Virus record (IMG/VR): IMGVR_UViG_3300046804_001768
Span: 1 to 58,980 of that record
Length of the DNA: 58,980 bases
Origin: a virus
Lineage: Duplodnaviria > Caudoviricetes
Direction: 5' to 3' (one strand)
Under the pieces are notes generated by a model. That model ran no database searches and was not told the origin of the DNA. It saw nothing but the letters and a program-made list of their open reading frames with translations. Of the stretch, positions 38,361-48,036 are shown piece after piece. Every line of letters begins with the position of its first letter. Position 1 is the first letter of the stretch. The position numbers and the translations under genes were made by a program.

Positions 38361-39941
38361 TTAGACGTTTGCGAGTCCGTCGATAACAATCTTACCGAAG
38401 AATTCTGGACGTACAACCTTCTTAGCGTAACGGGTCATCACGCCACGGCGTGGTGTGAAGTTCGTTGGGTCATAGACCAACGGAGTCATAATGAGAGGAA
38501 TGTATGGTGCGTATACTGCGCCGGTTTCGAGGAAGTTACTTCCGCGGAAGCCGAGGAGTACGATGTTTTCCTTCATGTATGGGTTCTTGTAGATGGTGTA
38601 ACGGTTTTGGAATGAACCAACCTTGGTTACGCCACCTGCGAATTCCATCTTGTCACCATCGGTTCCAGCCATAAAGCCTGGGATGGTTTCGAGGATGGTT
38701 GCGACGGTTGGTGAAACAACTGCGAAGTTTGCACCACCACGCATGGTGAGTTGGTGAATCTTGTTACTTACCTTTTGCATCTTTTGACCGAGGGTTTGGT
38801 ACCAGGTCATGTTGGTCCATGCAGTTCCAGTGAAGGATGATGCTGCGAAGGATGAACCGTTCCAAGTAGTACCAATTTGTGCTGACCAGTATTCAGTGGT
38901 TACTGATGGTGCTGCTTGAATTAACATGTCGAGGATTTCAAGGTCGATTTCTGCTGAGATGTAGTCACTCAACATTGCGGTTAATTCAGCTTCTGCATCA
39001 ACACTGTGGTAAGCGTTCAAGTCTTGTGCAAGTTCTGGTGACCAGACTGCCTTCAACTTACGGGTCTTTGCTACGATGGTTTCTGAACGGAGTTCAAGAT
39101 TCATTTCTGGAATTCCGATGTCGCCTGAACCAGTTGTATCTTCGAAGTCACCACGGGTGGTGTCGGTTGGTTGCTTAGTGTAGATAACTGAGTTGATTGT
39201 CTTGCCTGCTGCTACTGCGGTGTTAACGATGAATACAACGTTTGCACCTGATACCTTGGTGAATTCTGGAAGAACGAGTGCACCGAAGTCAACTACTGAA
39301 CCACTTGGTACGAATGAACGTACTGCGAGGAAATCACCATTGGTGAAACTTGAAGTTGCTATGGTGTACTTTGAGAGACTACCAGTTGCTACATAGTCAT
39401 CGTTGAAGTTTACGTCTGCGAATGATGCAGATGCTGGTGCGGTGGTTAAACCAGTTAAGGTGAAGTCGTTTACTGTGTAAGAGAAGCGACCTGCACCATA
39501 GAGGCCACCGGTGTTGGTGTTACCAAAGGTACTGAATGGTGAACCGAGGTTATCACCATATACTGAAGTACCTGAGGTTTGACCGTTACGGGTGGTGCCG
39601 TACTTGAAGTCCATATAGAACACAAGTCCTGAAGGAAGGTTCATTGGTTGGACTGATACGAAGTTCTTCGATGCGATTGAACCGAAGACCTTACGAACTA
39701 ATGGAAGTGCAACGCCTGCCCATTGTTCACCAGCAGTTCCTGCTTGGTTGGTGTATGAGTTTTCTTGGAGGAGTTGTGATGCTTGGTTTTCAAGCATTAC
39801 TGCCATTGCTTGCTTGTCATAACTCTTAAGGCCTTCAAGAAGGCCTGACTTTTCCCACTTGCCCGCTAACTTGCGGGATTCTTCAGTGATTACCTTGTGT
39901 GCTGAACCGGCTTCACTGATAAGGTTCATTACGTCGGACAT
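38361..39941 (-). CDS. Major capsid protein (T4 gp23-like)
   Basis: VQPMNLPSGLVF, AKTRKLKAVWSPELAQDLNAYH, YAPYIPL and FTPRRGVMTRYA. Confidence 0.97.
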   Translation of the reverse strand: MSDVMNLISEAGSAHKVITEESRKLAGKWEKSGLLEGLKSYDKQAMAVMLENQASQLLQENSYTNQAGTAGEQWAGVALPLVRKVFGSIASKNFVSVQPMNLPSGLVFYMDFKYGTTRNGQTSGTSVYGDNLGSPFSTFGNTNTGGLYGAGRFSYTVNDFTLTGLTTAPASASFADVNFNDDYVATGSLSKYTIATSSFTNGDFLAVRSFVPSGSVVDFGALVLPEFTKVSGANVVFIVNTAVAAGKTINSVIYTKQPTDTTRGDFEDTTGSGDIGIPEMNLELRSETIVAKTRKLKAVWSPELAQDLNAYHSVDAEAELTAMLSDYISAEIDLEILDMLIQAAPSVTTEYWSAQIGTTWNGSSFAASSFTGTAWTNMTWYQTLGQKMQKVSNKIHQLTMRGGANFAVVSPTVATILETIPGFMAGTDGDKMEFAGGVTKVGSFQNRYTIYKNPYMKENIVLLGFRGSNFLETGAVYAPYIPLIMTPLVYDPTNFTPRRGVMTRYAKKVVRPEFFGKIVIDGLANV

Positions 39942-39960
39942 TTGTTATTCTCCTATGAGG

Positions 39961-41205
39961 TTAGATAAGACCTGCTAATTGTTGTAAACGCTTTGCAACT
40001 GAGTTTTCTGAGATAACTTCAGTTGCCTTTGGTGCGGTACTTGGGGTTGCCTTACTTGCGAACCCTTCAGTCACGACCTTGGTTGACTTTACTGCCTTTA
40101 CTGCCTTTGCTGTTGAAGTTAATGTTTCAACAAGAACTGTGTATACCATCTTGACTTCACGAACTGATGATGCACGGTCAAAGTTTTCAATGACTGACAC
40201 CTTTTGTTCGGTGGTCAAACCTTCCTTACGGAAGATTTTGTTGGTATATAAAAGTTTTGCGTTGAGAAGATTTACTTCATTTAGCTTGCCTCGTAGGAGT
40301 TGTACAGCCTTACGATATTCTGCGAGCTCTTTTTCAAGGGAAGCCATTTTTTCAGACTTATGCTTTTCCATTTCGTCTTCGGCTTCGAGTTCCTTGAGGA
40401 TTGCTTCTAAATCCAATTCTTCTTCTTCGCCTTCTTCTTCGTGACCCTTCATTTCTTCTTCACCTTCCATCTTTGGTTCTGATGGTTCGGTTACGAACTT
40501 ATTGACATCGGCTGCCATTTCTGCGCCTTCTTCCTTAGTTCCAATGTGTGAGGTCTTGGCTGGAACTTCTGGCTTCATAGTACCAGCTTCTGGTTCTTCT
40601 GCTGGATATGCTTCGTTTTCTTCTTCGCCTTCTTCTTCCTTGCCTTCTGACCAACTTTCGTCTAATTCTTCTTCCTCTTCTTCCTTCTTTGCTTCATCAA
40701 GTTCTTCTTCGCCTTCTTCTTCGTGCTTCATTTCTTGGAGGTCGGCTTCTAATTCCTTGATTACTTCGTCAAGGTCGAAATCTGCTTCGGTCCAATCTTC
40801 GTACCATTCAGTTTCGCCTTCACCTGCATCTTCACCACTGTGGTCATCTTCTGCTGAATCAAATGCTGAAGCGGAAGGTTCCTTGTTATCTGAAGAGCCG
40901 ATGTCTGAAGTTGCGAGGTTCATGTCTGACTTGCCTTCTGGTTCGGCTTCGTGTGCATCAACTTCTTTTGCTTCTTCAGTTTCCATAGGCTTCTTTTCCA
41001 TTTCTGGAGCCTTCTTTTCTTCTTCATCATCGTGTTCCATGCCTTCTGCTTCAGCACGGAGTCTACGAGAAATCATAGACTTGATTTGGGGTGTGAACGA
41101 TTCTTCTAATGAAAGCTTTGCGTTTTCAATAGCAGTTTGACGTACTGCTTCTGCGTCTGCAATTGCTTCCTTTAAAAGCTTGTTCGTAAATTCGAACTCT
41201 GCCAT
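39961..41205 (-). CDS. Prohead core/scaffolding protein (gp22-like)
   Basis: Very acidic coiled coil directly upstream of the capsid gene, with LNEVNLLNAKLLY and the C-terminal RLQQLAGLI. Confidence 0.8.
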   Translation of the reverse strand: MAEFEFTNKLLKEAIADAEAVRQTAIENAKLSLEESFTPQIKSMISRRLRAEAEGMEHDDEEEKKAPEMEKKPMETEEAKEVDAHEAEPEGKSDMNLATSDIGSSDNKEPSASAFDSAEDDHSGEDAGEGETEWYEDWTEADFDLDEVIKELEADLQEMKHEEEGEEELDEAKKEEEEEELDESWSEGKEEEGEEENEAYPAEEPEAGTMKPEVPAKTSHIGTKEEGAEMAADVNKFVTEPSEPKMEGEEEMKGHEEEGEEEELDLEAILKELEAEDEMEKHKSEKMASLEKELAEYRKAVQLLRGKLNEVNLLNAKLLYTNKIFRKEGLTTEQKVSVIENFDRASSVREVKMVYTVLVETLTSTAKAVKAVKSTKVVTEGFASKATPSTAPKATEVISENSVAKRLQQLAGLI

Positions 41206-41336
41206 AAAATTGCTCTCCTATAAGGATAAAATGGCTATTCAAGCCATTAACGAGTATACATACAACAAAAATCACACCCCAGCAGAGGTGTACTTTAAAT
41301 ATATATTAACGTTTTCTTAAAAACATCAATTTTTAG

Positions 41337-41558
41337 TTAAAACGTATTATTACTGTTCTTCTTTTGGGCCTTACTTTCTTCACGTTTTCTACGACGAAGG
41401 GCGTCTTGACTTTTCTTTTGAAGTCTCTTGGACTTCTTCAGATAGAATTCTTTTTTCTTTAAATCTTCCATCAATTCAGCCCGCTTGACTTGCTTGACGA
41501 ATTGTTGGAGTGCCCGTTCTAAATCAGACTGCTTATCACCTTTGACTTCTACGTACAT
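41337..41558 (-). CDS. rpsU: Phage-encoded 30S ribosomal protein bS21
   Basis: V.V....LERALQQF.KQV....LMEDLKKKEFYLKKS.R..K...A.RR matches the bS21 pattern; 73 aa and basic. Confidence 0.8.
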   Translation of the reverse strand: MYVEVKGDKQSDLERALQQFVKQVKRAELMEDLKKKEFYLKKSKRLQKKSQDALRRRKREESKAQKKNSNNTF

Positions 41559-41570
41559 ACTGCCTCCGTT

Positions 41571-42158
41571 TTACCGAGTAACTAATTGATATGCGATTGC
41601 AACCATCTTATTAACAGATTCGTTGCAGAATTTCTTTCTGTTTTCTGGGGATAGCTGGTGCATAACAGTCACCAACAGCTTAGCTGTGTATCCGTCCACG
41701 TAATGTTCATCTATCTTTTGGGCTTTTCCAGTTTTTGCGACTTGAAGAATTGACTTGATTTTTCCTTCCATATTGGTATGGAATCCCCATGGACCTACAT
41801 TGAATATTTCAAACATTTCTGGATGAATCATACGAAACCGACGCATTAATACCCCAGCCTTTGCATTTGCTTCTGCTTCAATGTCGGATTCATCTGACCC
41901 ATCAAGAACTCTACCTTCTTCACGTTGCTTATGATGAACCAATTCGTGTGCTAGTGTCCGTAAGACATCCGCTATATGGCGGCCGCCCATCACTACAGTG
42001 ACGGTATCTGAGTCGGGGTGATAATGTCCAAATGTCAAGTAGTGTGACGCAAACCCATCGGTAGCAAATTTAATTCGTGGCAATGTTTTTAACTTTAACT
42101 CTGCCACGATAAATTTGATAAATTCTGTGATGAGGAATTTTGGGTCTTGACGATGCAT
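41571..42158 (-). CDS. Zincin-like (HExxH) metallopeptidase domain protein
   Basis: RTLAHELVHHKQ...EAEANAKAG. Confidence 0.75.
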   Translation of the reverse strand: MHRQDPKFLITEFIKFIVAELKLKTLPRIKFATDGFASHYLTFGHYHPDSDTVTVVMGGRHIADVLRTLAHELVHHKQREEGRVLDGSDESDIEAEANAKAGVLMRRFRMIHPEMFEIFNVGPWGFHTNMEGKIKSILQVAKTGKAQKIDEHYVDGYTAKLLVTVMHQLSPENRKKFCNESVNKMVAIAYQLVTR

Positions 42159-42742
42159 TACTTTACTTCACTTAAGAAATCATAAATAAGAGATTCAATA
42201 CGGTCATACTTTGGAGAAACAATCGTCTTACTTTCATTAATAAACGCCCCATGTGTACTTGGGTTACTGACGATATCAAAGCAGATGAGACTGAAATCAT
42301 CTTGGACTTCTACTGTGCTTTCGCCCATTTGACGAACTGACCCCATACCACGTGAAGATACTCCAAGACGAATATTGTTCTTGATAAGTTCACGAACGAT
42401 GTTACCAGATGGGGTAGAGAGGATTTCGATGTTACCACGAACGTCCTTACCGTCAAACCATAATTCAGTAACGTTGCAACAGACGTTCTTTAAGTTAACA
42501 ACTGGACTTTCTGGGTGGTCAAGTTCCCCGAGTGCACGGCGTTGTGCGACAAAGTTTTCCTTGTATAATCCAGCTTCACGTTGTAAAATTTCAATTGGAT
42601 AGATACGACCGTTTTGATTCTTTGCTTCAGCACGTTGAAGAAGTACGTTCTTCAACATTAATGGCTTACTAACATCTGCTGCTTCTGCAAGAAGGTCTTT
42701 ACCGTATTCAATGACGTTATATTCAACTAATAAGTTCTTCAT
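42158..42742 (-). CDS. Prohead core protease (T4 gp21-like)
   Basis: NQNGRIYP, ALGELDHP, GVSSRGMGS and FDIVSNPS. Confidence 0.95.
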   Translation of the reverse strand: MKNLLVEYNVIEYGKDLLAEAADVSKPLMLKNVLLQRAEAKNQNGRIYPIEILQREAGLYKENFVAQRRALGELDHPESPVVNLKNVCCNVTELWFDGKDVRGNIEILSTPSGNIVRELIKNNIRLGVSSRGMGSVRQMGESTVEVQDDFSLICFDIVSNPSTHGAFINESKTIVSPKYDRIESLIYDFLSEVK

Positions 42743-42743
42743 A

Positions 42744-43247
42744 TTACTTTCCTCTGATTTCCCGAATCTTTCCTGCGAGATGAATAAGACGAGCTTCTAA
42801 TTTGATAAGACCTTGTTGAGTACGACGATATAATGCTTCACTGGATACGTTTGATTCCTTTTGTAATCGAGCGTTCATCTTGATACTACGTTCGATTTCT
42901 TGAAGATTTTTATTGACTTCGGAAATAGCTTTTGCAATCTTTTGGGTGGGGGTAGAACTTTCATCCTTCTTATATTCGTGGTACCGCATCTTTGATTCAG
43001 CTAAGTTCTCCCTTTGAAGTTGTTCAAGTCTATCTGCACGGTGTTGTAATTCCTTTTCACCTTTATCTGTTAAGGTGTAGCCTAATTGTGTAGCTACATT
43101 CTTCATTTTTGCGATATTCTTGGTAATGTTACCACGGAATGCTTTAGGAGTTAAATACGCTCCTGCACCAGCGGACGTACTGATTTCATCTAGTTCTTGT
43201 TCAAGAACCTTGCGGATGAACGCTCTAAGCTTTTTTTCGTTGGTCAT
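42744..43247 (-). CDS. Hypothetical head-module protein
   Basis: LRAFIRKVLEQELDE N-terminus and a GAYLTPKAF motif; lies between portal and protease. Confidence 0.65.
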   Translation of the reverse strand: MTNEKKLRAFIRKVLEQELDEISTSAGAGAYLTPKAFRGNITKNIAKMKNVATQLGYTLTDKGEKELQHRADRLEQLQRENLAESKMRYHEYKKDESSTPTQKIAKAISEVNKNLQEIERSIKMNARLQKESNVSSEALYRRTQQGLIKLEARLIHLAGKIREIRGK

Positions 43248-44116
43248 AGGGACTTAAGCTCCTTAAGAATTTCATATGCAATCAACATTGCGGTCATATG
43301 ATTTTCCTTGATGACCGATGCTGATTGAATTTTTTGTAATTGTGATACGATTTCGGCTAACTTAATACGAATGACCTTATCAGTAATCTTCTTAGATTTT
43401 TCACCGATTTCTTTTACTAACCGGCGACTTTCAGTAGTGGTGTATTTCTTTAAATTTCCAGTATTAGAAATATTATAGATATATTCTTGGAGAAGTTTCT
43501 TTTGTGCTTCGTCCAATCCCTTATATTTTTCATTGAAACGTTCAATTAAGATTCTATAGGAAAGGAAGCGAATATCATCTTCTTGACTACGAATGATGGA
43601 TGCTAATTCGTTATGTTCCTTGATTTCTTTTGCAGAAATTTTACCTGACAAATGTTCTACAATTGTGAATTGACTACTAGCCAATTCTTCGATGGTGGTT
43701 ACATCACCAATACCATTTACTGCTGCATCAAAACTCTTGTAGATAGAAGCGTAAATCTTGTAAGAAGGAACACGTGCAGAGAAGAATTCTTTGAGGTCAA
43801 AGTTCTTCTTGATTTCCTTAATTAAATGGTATTTTTGTGCGTTTAATGCGTTTTGGTCGAGATTCTTTCGTTGCTCAGTAACTAACTTTAATAATTGGAA
43901 TGCCTTTTGTTCAGAAAGATTTTGAACATTAAAGAATGCCCGATATAACATTAATTCTTTTCCAAGTTCTTTCTTGGAGTTAAAGAATTCACGCATGAGC
44001 TTAACAGCGACACTATCCTTCTTGTTTTCCATCACATCAGAAGTGATTTGACGTACTAACAATTCGAAAAGGATGCCGGTGTTTCTTAACTTATTATGTT
44101 TGATACTAGATTTCAT
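43244..44116 (-). CDS. Conserved hypothetical protein downstream of portal
   Basis: 290-aa helical protein beginning IKHNKLRNTGILFELLVRQIT. Confidence 0.7.
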   Translation of the reverse strand: MKSSIKHNKLRNTGILFELLVRQITSDVMENKKDSVAVKLMREFFNSKKELGKELMLYRAFFNVQNLSEQKAFQLLKLVTEQRKNLDQNALNAQKYHLIKEIKKNFDLKEFFSARVPSYKIYASIYKSFDAAVNGIGDVTTIEELASSQFTIVEHLSGKISAKEIKEHNELASIIRSQEDDIRFLSYRILIERFNEKYKGLDEAQKKLLQEYIYNISNTGNLKKYTTTESRRLVKEIGEKSKKITDKVIRIKLAEIVSQLQKIQSASVIKENHMTAMLIAYEILKELKSL

Positions 44117-44175
44117 AAGAAAATCCGCCGTAAGTGAAAAAATACCTTATCATATATTAAATAGTATGAAGATTC

Positions 44176-46077
44176 TTAGTCCGTTAGATTTTGGTCCATT
44201 TCTAAGATATTTTCTTCATTTAAGATACTGCTGGTTTTTTCTGATTTAGTTTCCAACTGTTTAATAAGATTAGAGATTTCAGCACTTTCTAATGATAATG
44301 GGGACTTCTTAGAAGGTTTACGTTGTTGGCCGACCCGTAATGCACCAAGGTTTTCTCTGTGACCGAGTGGGTCACGACCACGGGGGTGACTATCTTGACC
44401 ATACTTTTGACCGACCTTTGGACGACCCATCTTGGCTTCTTCTAATTCCTCTTCTGGAACTTCAAGTTCTGTTTCTTCTTCACCAGAATTTAATGACGCT
44501 AAAATGGTGTCTACATCATCAATCTTTTCCTCTCCTTCAGCTGGGACTTCATCTCCCGCCGAAGGTTCTTCACTAGGTTGTGCTTCTGCTGGTTGTTGTC
44601 CCTGCTGCTGTGGATTTGCTGCAGCTTGTTCAGTCGCCTGTAACTGACCTAGCATCTCTACGTCCTTTGCCACCTTTTCCTGTTCGTTGCGTGCGTCATC
44701 TTCAGCAATTTGAAGAATATTGTGGTAAATCCAATCACGGGATAAGAACTTACTTGAAGCGATATCATTTGCCAACGCAATCTTCTCCTTCCAAAGATTG
44801 AGTTTTTCTTGTTCGTAAATGACTGATGGTGAGGTCATTTCGATTTCAAAGTCAATCAATTCTTCGTCGGTGAATCCTTGGACGTATAAATGGATGATTG
44901 CAATTTTGGTGAGTTCTGACACCATAATACGTTGAATACGTTCGATGGTACGTGCGAAACGAACGTCTTGTGCTGCCAACGATGCCTTTCCACTATTATC
45001 TTCTTCGTACCCAAGGAATGACTTCGGTACCTTGAACGCTGCCATCAACTTGTTACGGAGATATTCAATATCTTCAATTGCGTTGAATTGAAGACCTGGA
45101 AGGTTGGTAATATCGGTTCCAGAATCCTTACCACGTACAGGAAGATAGAAATCTTCCGTGATATTCATCATATTATAACGAAGGTTATAATCACCAGTCT
45201 TTGGGTCCACCAACGGTACCTTCTTCATGCGGTCAATGATACGTTGCATGTGGGTATCAATTTCATTTGGTGGAATATTACCAATATCGACCAATACCTT
45301 ACGCTTGTCTGGTGCTCTCATAATACGATGAATCAACATCGCATCTTCCATCAATTGAAGTTGCTTCCAAACACGGCGACCACCTTCAACCATACTCTTA
45401 CCATATGGGAGGAAGTTTGTATCAGATAGTAAACGGAAATGTGCGATTTCGTAGTTATCGAATTCTTTTTTGCCTAATGCTAAGAAATCATTTTCAATCT
45501 TAAACTTGACTGAGAATGGATTTGCCGCGTCTGTACCTTCTACACGAATGGTTTCATAAACTGAAAGTGGTATAACGTTTACAACCCCATACTTTTCATC
45601 AATGTCAAGGAATAAGAAAAAGTCCCCATACTTTGCCATATTTCTGACCCAAGGCCAGAGATTGAATTCAACATTCAATACGTCATAGAATAAGTTATGG
45701 AGAATATCTTGAATTTGTTGGTTCTTTGAGCGGATACTAAGTACTTGGCCGAATTCGTCTTTAACTGTTGATTCATCGGCGTAAATGTCCATTACTGATG
45801 AGATAATAGGGTCATTATCCATCATGTCATAATCACGGAACAATTGTAACCGTGACCCTTGGAATGCTGCCGCGGATTCATAACGTCCTTGGTGTGAACC
45901 ATATCCGCCTGTTGCAGACGAATATACACGATGATACCGGTCAATACCCCGTCTATTAATAAACGATTGGATATTGTCGGTATCAGCGACTTTAAGACGT
46001 TTTCCGCCTACATTACGGACAACTGTATTTGTAGAGAACAGTTTCCGTAGGCGACCAAAAATACTAGTATCTGCCAT
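44176..46077 (-). CDS. Portal protein (T4 gp20-like)
   Basis: QLMEDAMLIHRIMRAPDKR...IDIGN, EDFYLPVRG, DIEYLRNKL..A.KVPK and FARTIERIQ. Confidence 0.95.
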   Translation of the reverse strand: MADTSIFGRLRKLFSTNTVVRNVGGKRLKVADTDNIQSFINRRGIDRYHRVYSSATGGYGSHQGRYESAAAFQGSRLQLFRDYDMMDNDPIISSVMDIYADESTVKDEFGQVLSIRSKNQQIQDILHNLFYDVLNVEFNLWPWVRNMAKYGDFFLFLDIDEKYGVVNVIPLSVYETIRVEGTDAANPFSVKFKIENDFLALGKKEFDNYEIAHFRLLSDTNFLPYGKSMVEGGRRVWKQLQLMEDAMLIHRIMRAPDKRKVLVDIGNIPPNEIDTHMQRIIDRMKKVPLVDPKTGDYNLRYNMMNITEDFYLPVRGKDSGTDITNLPGLQFNAIEDIEYLRNKLMAAFKVPKSFLGYEEDNSGKASLAAQDVRFARTIERIQRIMVSELTKIAIIHLYVQGFTDEELIDFEIEMTSPSVIYEQEKLNLWKEKIALANDIASSKFLSRDWIYHNILQIAEDDARNEQEKVAKDVEMLGQLQATEQAAANPQQQGQQPAEAQPSEEPSAGDEVPAEGEEKIDDVDTILASLNSGEEETELEVPEEELEEAKMGRPKVGQKYGQDSHPRGRDPLGHRENLGALRVGQQRKPSKKSPLSLESAEISNLIKQLETKSEKTSSILNEENILEMDQNLTD

Positions 46078-46087
46078 AACCCCTCAC

Positions 46088-46423
46088 TTAGTAAGTAAGA
46101 ATGGAGTCGAGAATCTTCATCAATGGGAAGAAATCGACTTCCTTATTATCTTCTGCAATATCTTCTGCGACTAAACGTAATTCTGCGACCTTACCTGCCA
46201 ACACCATCTTTAACAACTTCCAGTGGTCGTGGTTGAAGATAGTATATGGAGTTTCATTTAATGAGGTCGCTAACATTTGTAATTCAACTAATGCACCAGC
46301 CAACTTATTTTGGTCTGCTTCACTTAACTTGGTAGATAATTCTGCCAAATGTGATTCGAGTGCAACGAGAGAAACGCGACGTTCTGTTTCTTCTAATAAT
46401 AAATCTTTTAATTTTGTACTCAT
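46088..46423 (-). CDS. Small hypothetical protein (KLKDLLLEE leader)
   Basis: Likely start MSTKLKDLLLEE. Confidence 0.6.
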   Translation of the reverse strand: MSTKLKDLLLEETERRVSLVALESHLAELSTKLSEADQNKLAGALVELQMLATSLNETPYTIFNHDHWKLLKMVLAGKVAELRLVAEDIAEDNKEVDFFPLMKILDSILTY

Positions 46424-46424
46424 C

Positions 46425-46640
46425 TTATTTCTCCACATACTTCTTAAGTAATGTATAATATTTGGGGTTCTCTGTCAAGTGGGCCGCGGCGATTTTTGCC
46501 GTGGTAACCACATTTCCATTCGTAACGTCTTTATGTTCCATTTCGACATTCATACCCATATGGAATTCTTTTGGGTCAAATTTATAACCCATTTTCTTTA
46601 GAATAGCATCGGAAACTTTCCGTGAGACTTTTTCTTTCAT
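46425..46640 (-). CDS. Small protein with GM.VEMEH...IA..HL.E.P.YY motif (DUF5661-like)
   Basis: Motif recognised from memory; likely start MKEKVS. Confidence 0.6.
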   Translation of the reverse strand: MKEKVSRKVSDAILKKMGYKFDPKEFHMGMNVEMEHKDVTNGNVVTTAKIAAAHLTENPKYYTLLKKYVEK

Positions 46641-46641
46641 A

Positions 46642-47058
46642 TTACCATTTCCGACACGACCAATAACGAGCCTTGGTACGTGGGCCTGGGTTTGCACAAT
46701 TATGACGTGCTCTAAATGAACGGCGACGAGCTGGATTCGACTTCTTAATTCTCATTGTCTTATCACCGAAGTTGACCTTCTTGACGTTTCCAGTACTTGG
46801 GTCTTTGACGAATACCTTAAACTTCTTTACGTCACCACGCATTGGTTTTCCAAGTGGAACCTTACGACCGTGATATTCTGCTTCTTGAAGAGGTTGACCT
46901 TGTGCCCGCATAATTTCCATTGCGAGACAACGTGGACAATATTCTTCAATAATATCTTCTTCGTTAACAGGAACGCAATTTGGAACCATCTTACCACCCT
47001 TATCCTTCATTCCAACTTGCTTATATCCTTCCCAACAAGCTTCAGTCATTTGTTCCAT
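46642..47058 (-). CDS. Small basic protein (CWEGY..VPNCVP and FRARHNC..YWSCRKW modules)
   Basis: Contains recurrent phage head-region motifs; likely start MEQMTEAC. Confidence 0.65.
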   Translation of the reverse strand: MEQMTEACWEGYKQVGMKDKGGKMVPNCVPVNEEDIIEEYCPRCLAMEIMRAQGQPLQEAEYHGRKVPLGKPMRGDVKKFKVFVKDPSTGNVKKVNFGDKTMRIKKSNPARRRSFRARHNCANPGPRTKARYWSCRKW

Positions 47059-47059
47059 A

Positions 47060-47392
47060 TTATTCTTCCTTTTTCTTAAAGGTTGAAACCATCGTTGGTT
47101 TCCCACCGGGGTTTCCTGCCTTCCGTTTTCTGGTGACTGCTGACCGTTTTTCACCTTTACTCATTGCTGCTGCGGAACGAGCGGGTCTACACTTTGGATA
47201 CTTTGCTGACCCACCCTTTCGTTCTTTCTTACCAGCGGAAGCTCCACACGGTGGATGCTTGCCGGTCTTAGGGTCTTTTCTGGAAATGTCTACCCACTTT
47301 TGACGAATCCACTTTCCAAGTTCACCCTTGGTTTGGTACTTTTCGTCGAGGTCGATAGAAACTTCAACAAGTAAATCGGAGAGTCGTGTCAT
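47060..47392 (-). CDS. Small basic protein
   Basis: MTRLSDLLVE leader, then LGKWIRQKWVDI...CG...YPKCRP. Confidence 0.65.
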   Translation of the reverse strand: MTRLSDLLVEVSIDLDEKYQTKGELGKWIRQKWVDISRKDPKTGKHPPCGASAGKKERKGGSAKYPKCRPARSAAAMSKGEKRSAVTRKRKAGNPGGKPTMVSTFKKKEE

Positions 47393-47724
47393 ACTGGTTT
47401 AGATTTGGTTTTACCACCACGCTTCCGCTTTCTGCGAGCTGCGCAATGGGCTCGTTGACTAAAGCCTTTGGGATTGTTGCAGTTGATAGATTTTTTATAT
47501 TCTTTTGTCCAAGTTTCGTCTATAGAAACTAGTCCACTCTTTTGTAAGAAATCTTTTACATTAATTTTTATATTTTGTTTTTTAAAATCTTTTAATCTAT
47601 CTAACGCCATTTCTTTTCTATTGTTGATATCTTTAACTTGATTAAGCATATCAATGACCCCATCAATCATTTCTTTTTGGTCGGAGTCCACTTCTTCAAG
47701 TATTATATCAACTAATTTAATCAT
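47389..47724 (-). CDS. Small basic protein
   Basis: MIKLVDIILEE leader, then WTKEYKKSINCNNPKGFSQRAHC. Confidence 0.65.
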   Translation of the reverse strand: MIKLVDIILEEVDSDQKEMIDGVIDMLNQVKDINNRKEMALDRLKDFKKQNIKINVKDFLQKSGLVSIDETWTKEYKKSINCNNPKGFSQRAHCAARRKRKRGGKTKSKPV

Positions 47725-48035
47725 TACTTTCCCCTCTTCCACCCACCGCCCATACTCTTGTACTTCTTTGCTGCCCACAAGTTAGCATATGCGGATGGGT
47801 AAACTTTGAACTTGGCTCGGGCTGCTGCCTTTGCCTTAGCCCACTTATCTGGACTAGTTGGAATATTTCTTTCCAAAATATCACTAATACGGGAACTCCG
47901 AACTGCTAAATCATCTGGATTGTCTGGGGTTTTCTTGGGTTCATCGACCTTAACATCAAAGTCACCTTTGGTAGCATCAAATCCACCCCAAGGGTATGCT
48001 TCGTATAAGTCAGAAAAGAAATCTTTGTATTTCAT
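47724..48035 (-). CDS. Small basic protein (KF.VYPSAYAN.W..K.YK..GG.W motif)
   Basis: Conserved motif seen in phage proteins; MKYKDFFSDLYE leader. Confidence 0.65.
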   Translation of the reverse strand: MKYKDFFSDLYEAYPWGGFDATKGDFDVKVDEPKKTPDNPDDLAVRSSRISDILERNIPTSPDKWAKAKAAARAKFKVYPSAYANLWAAKKYKSMGGGWKRGK

Positions 48036-48036
48036 A

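Noticed and set aside
40079-41140. Ser-rich plus-strand ORFs
   Set aside because: Antisense shadows of the Glu-rich (GAA) scaffold gene.
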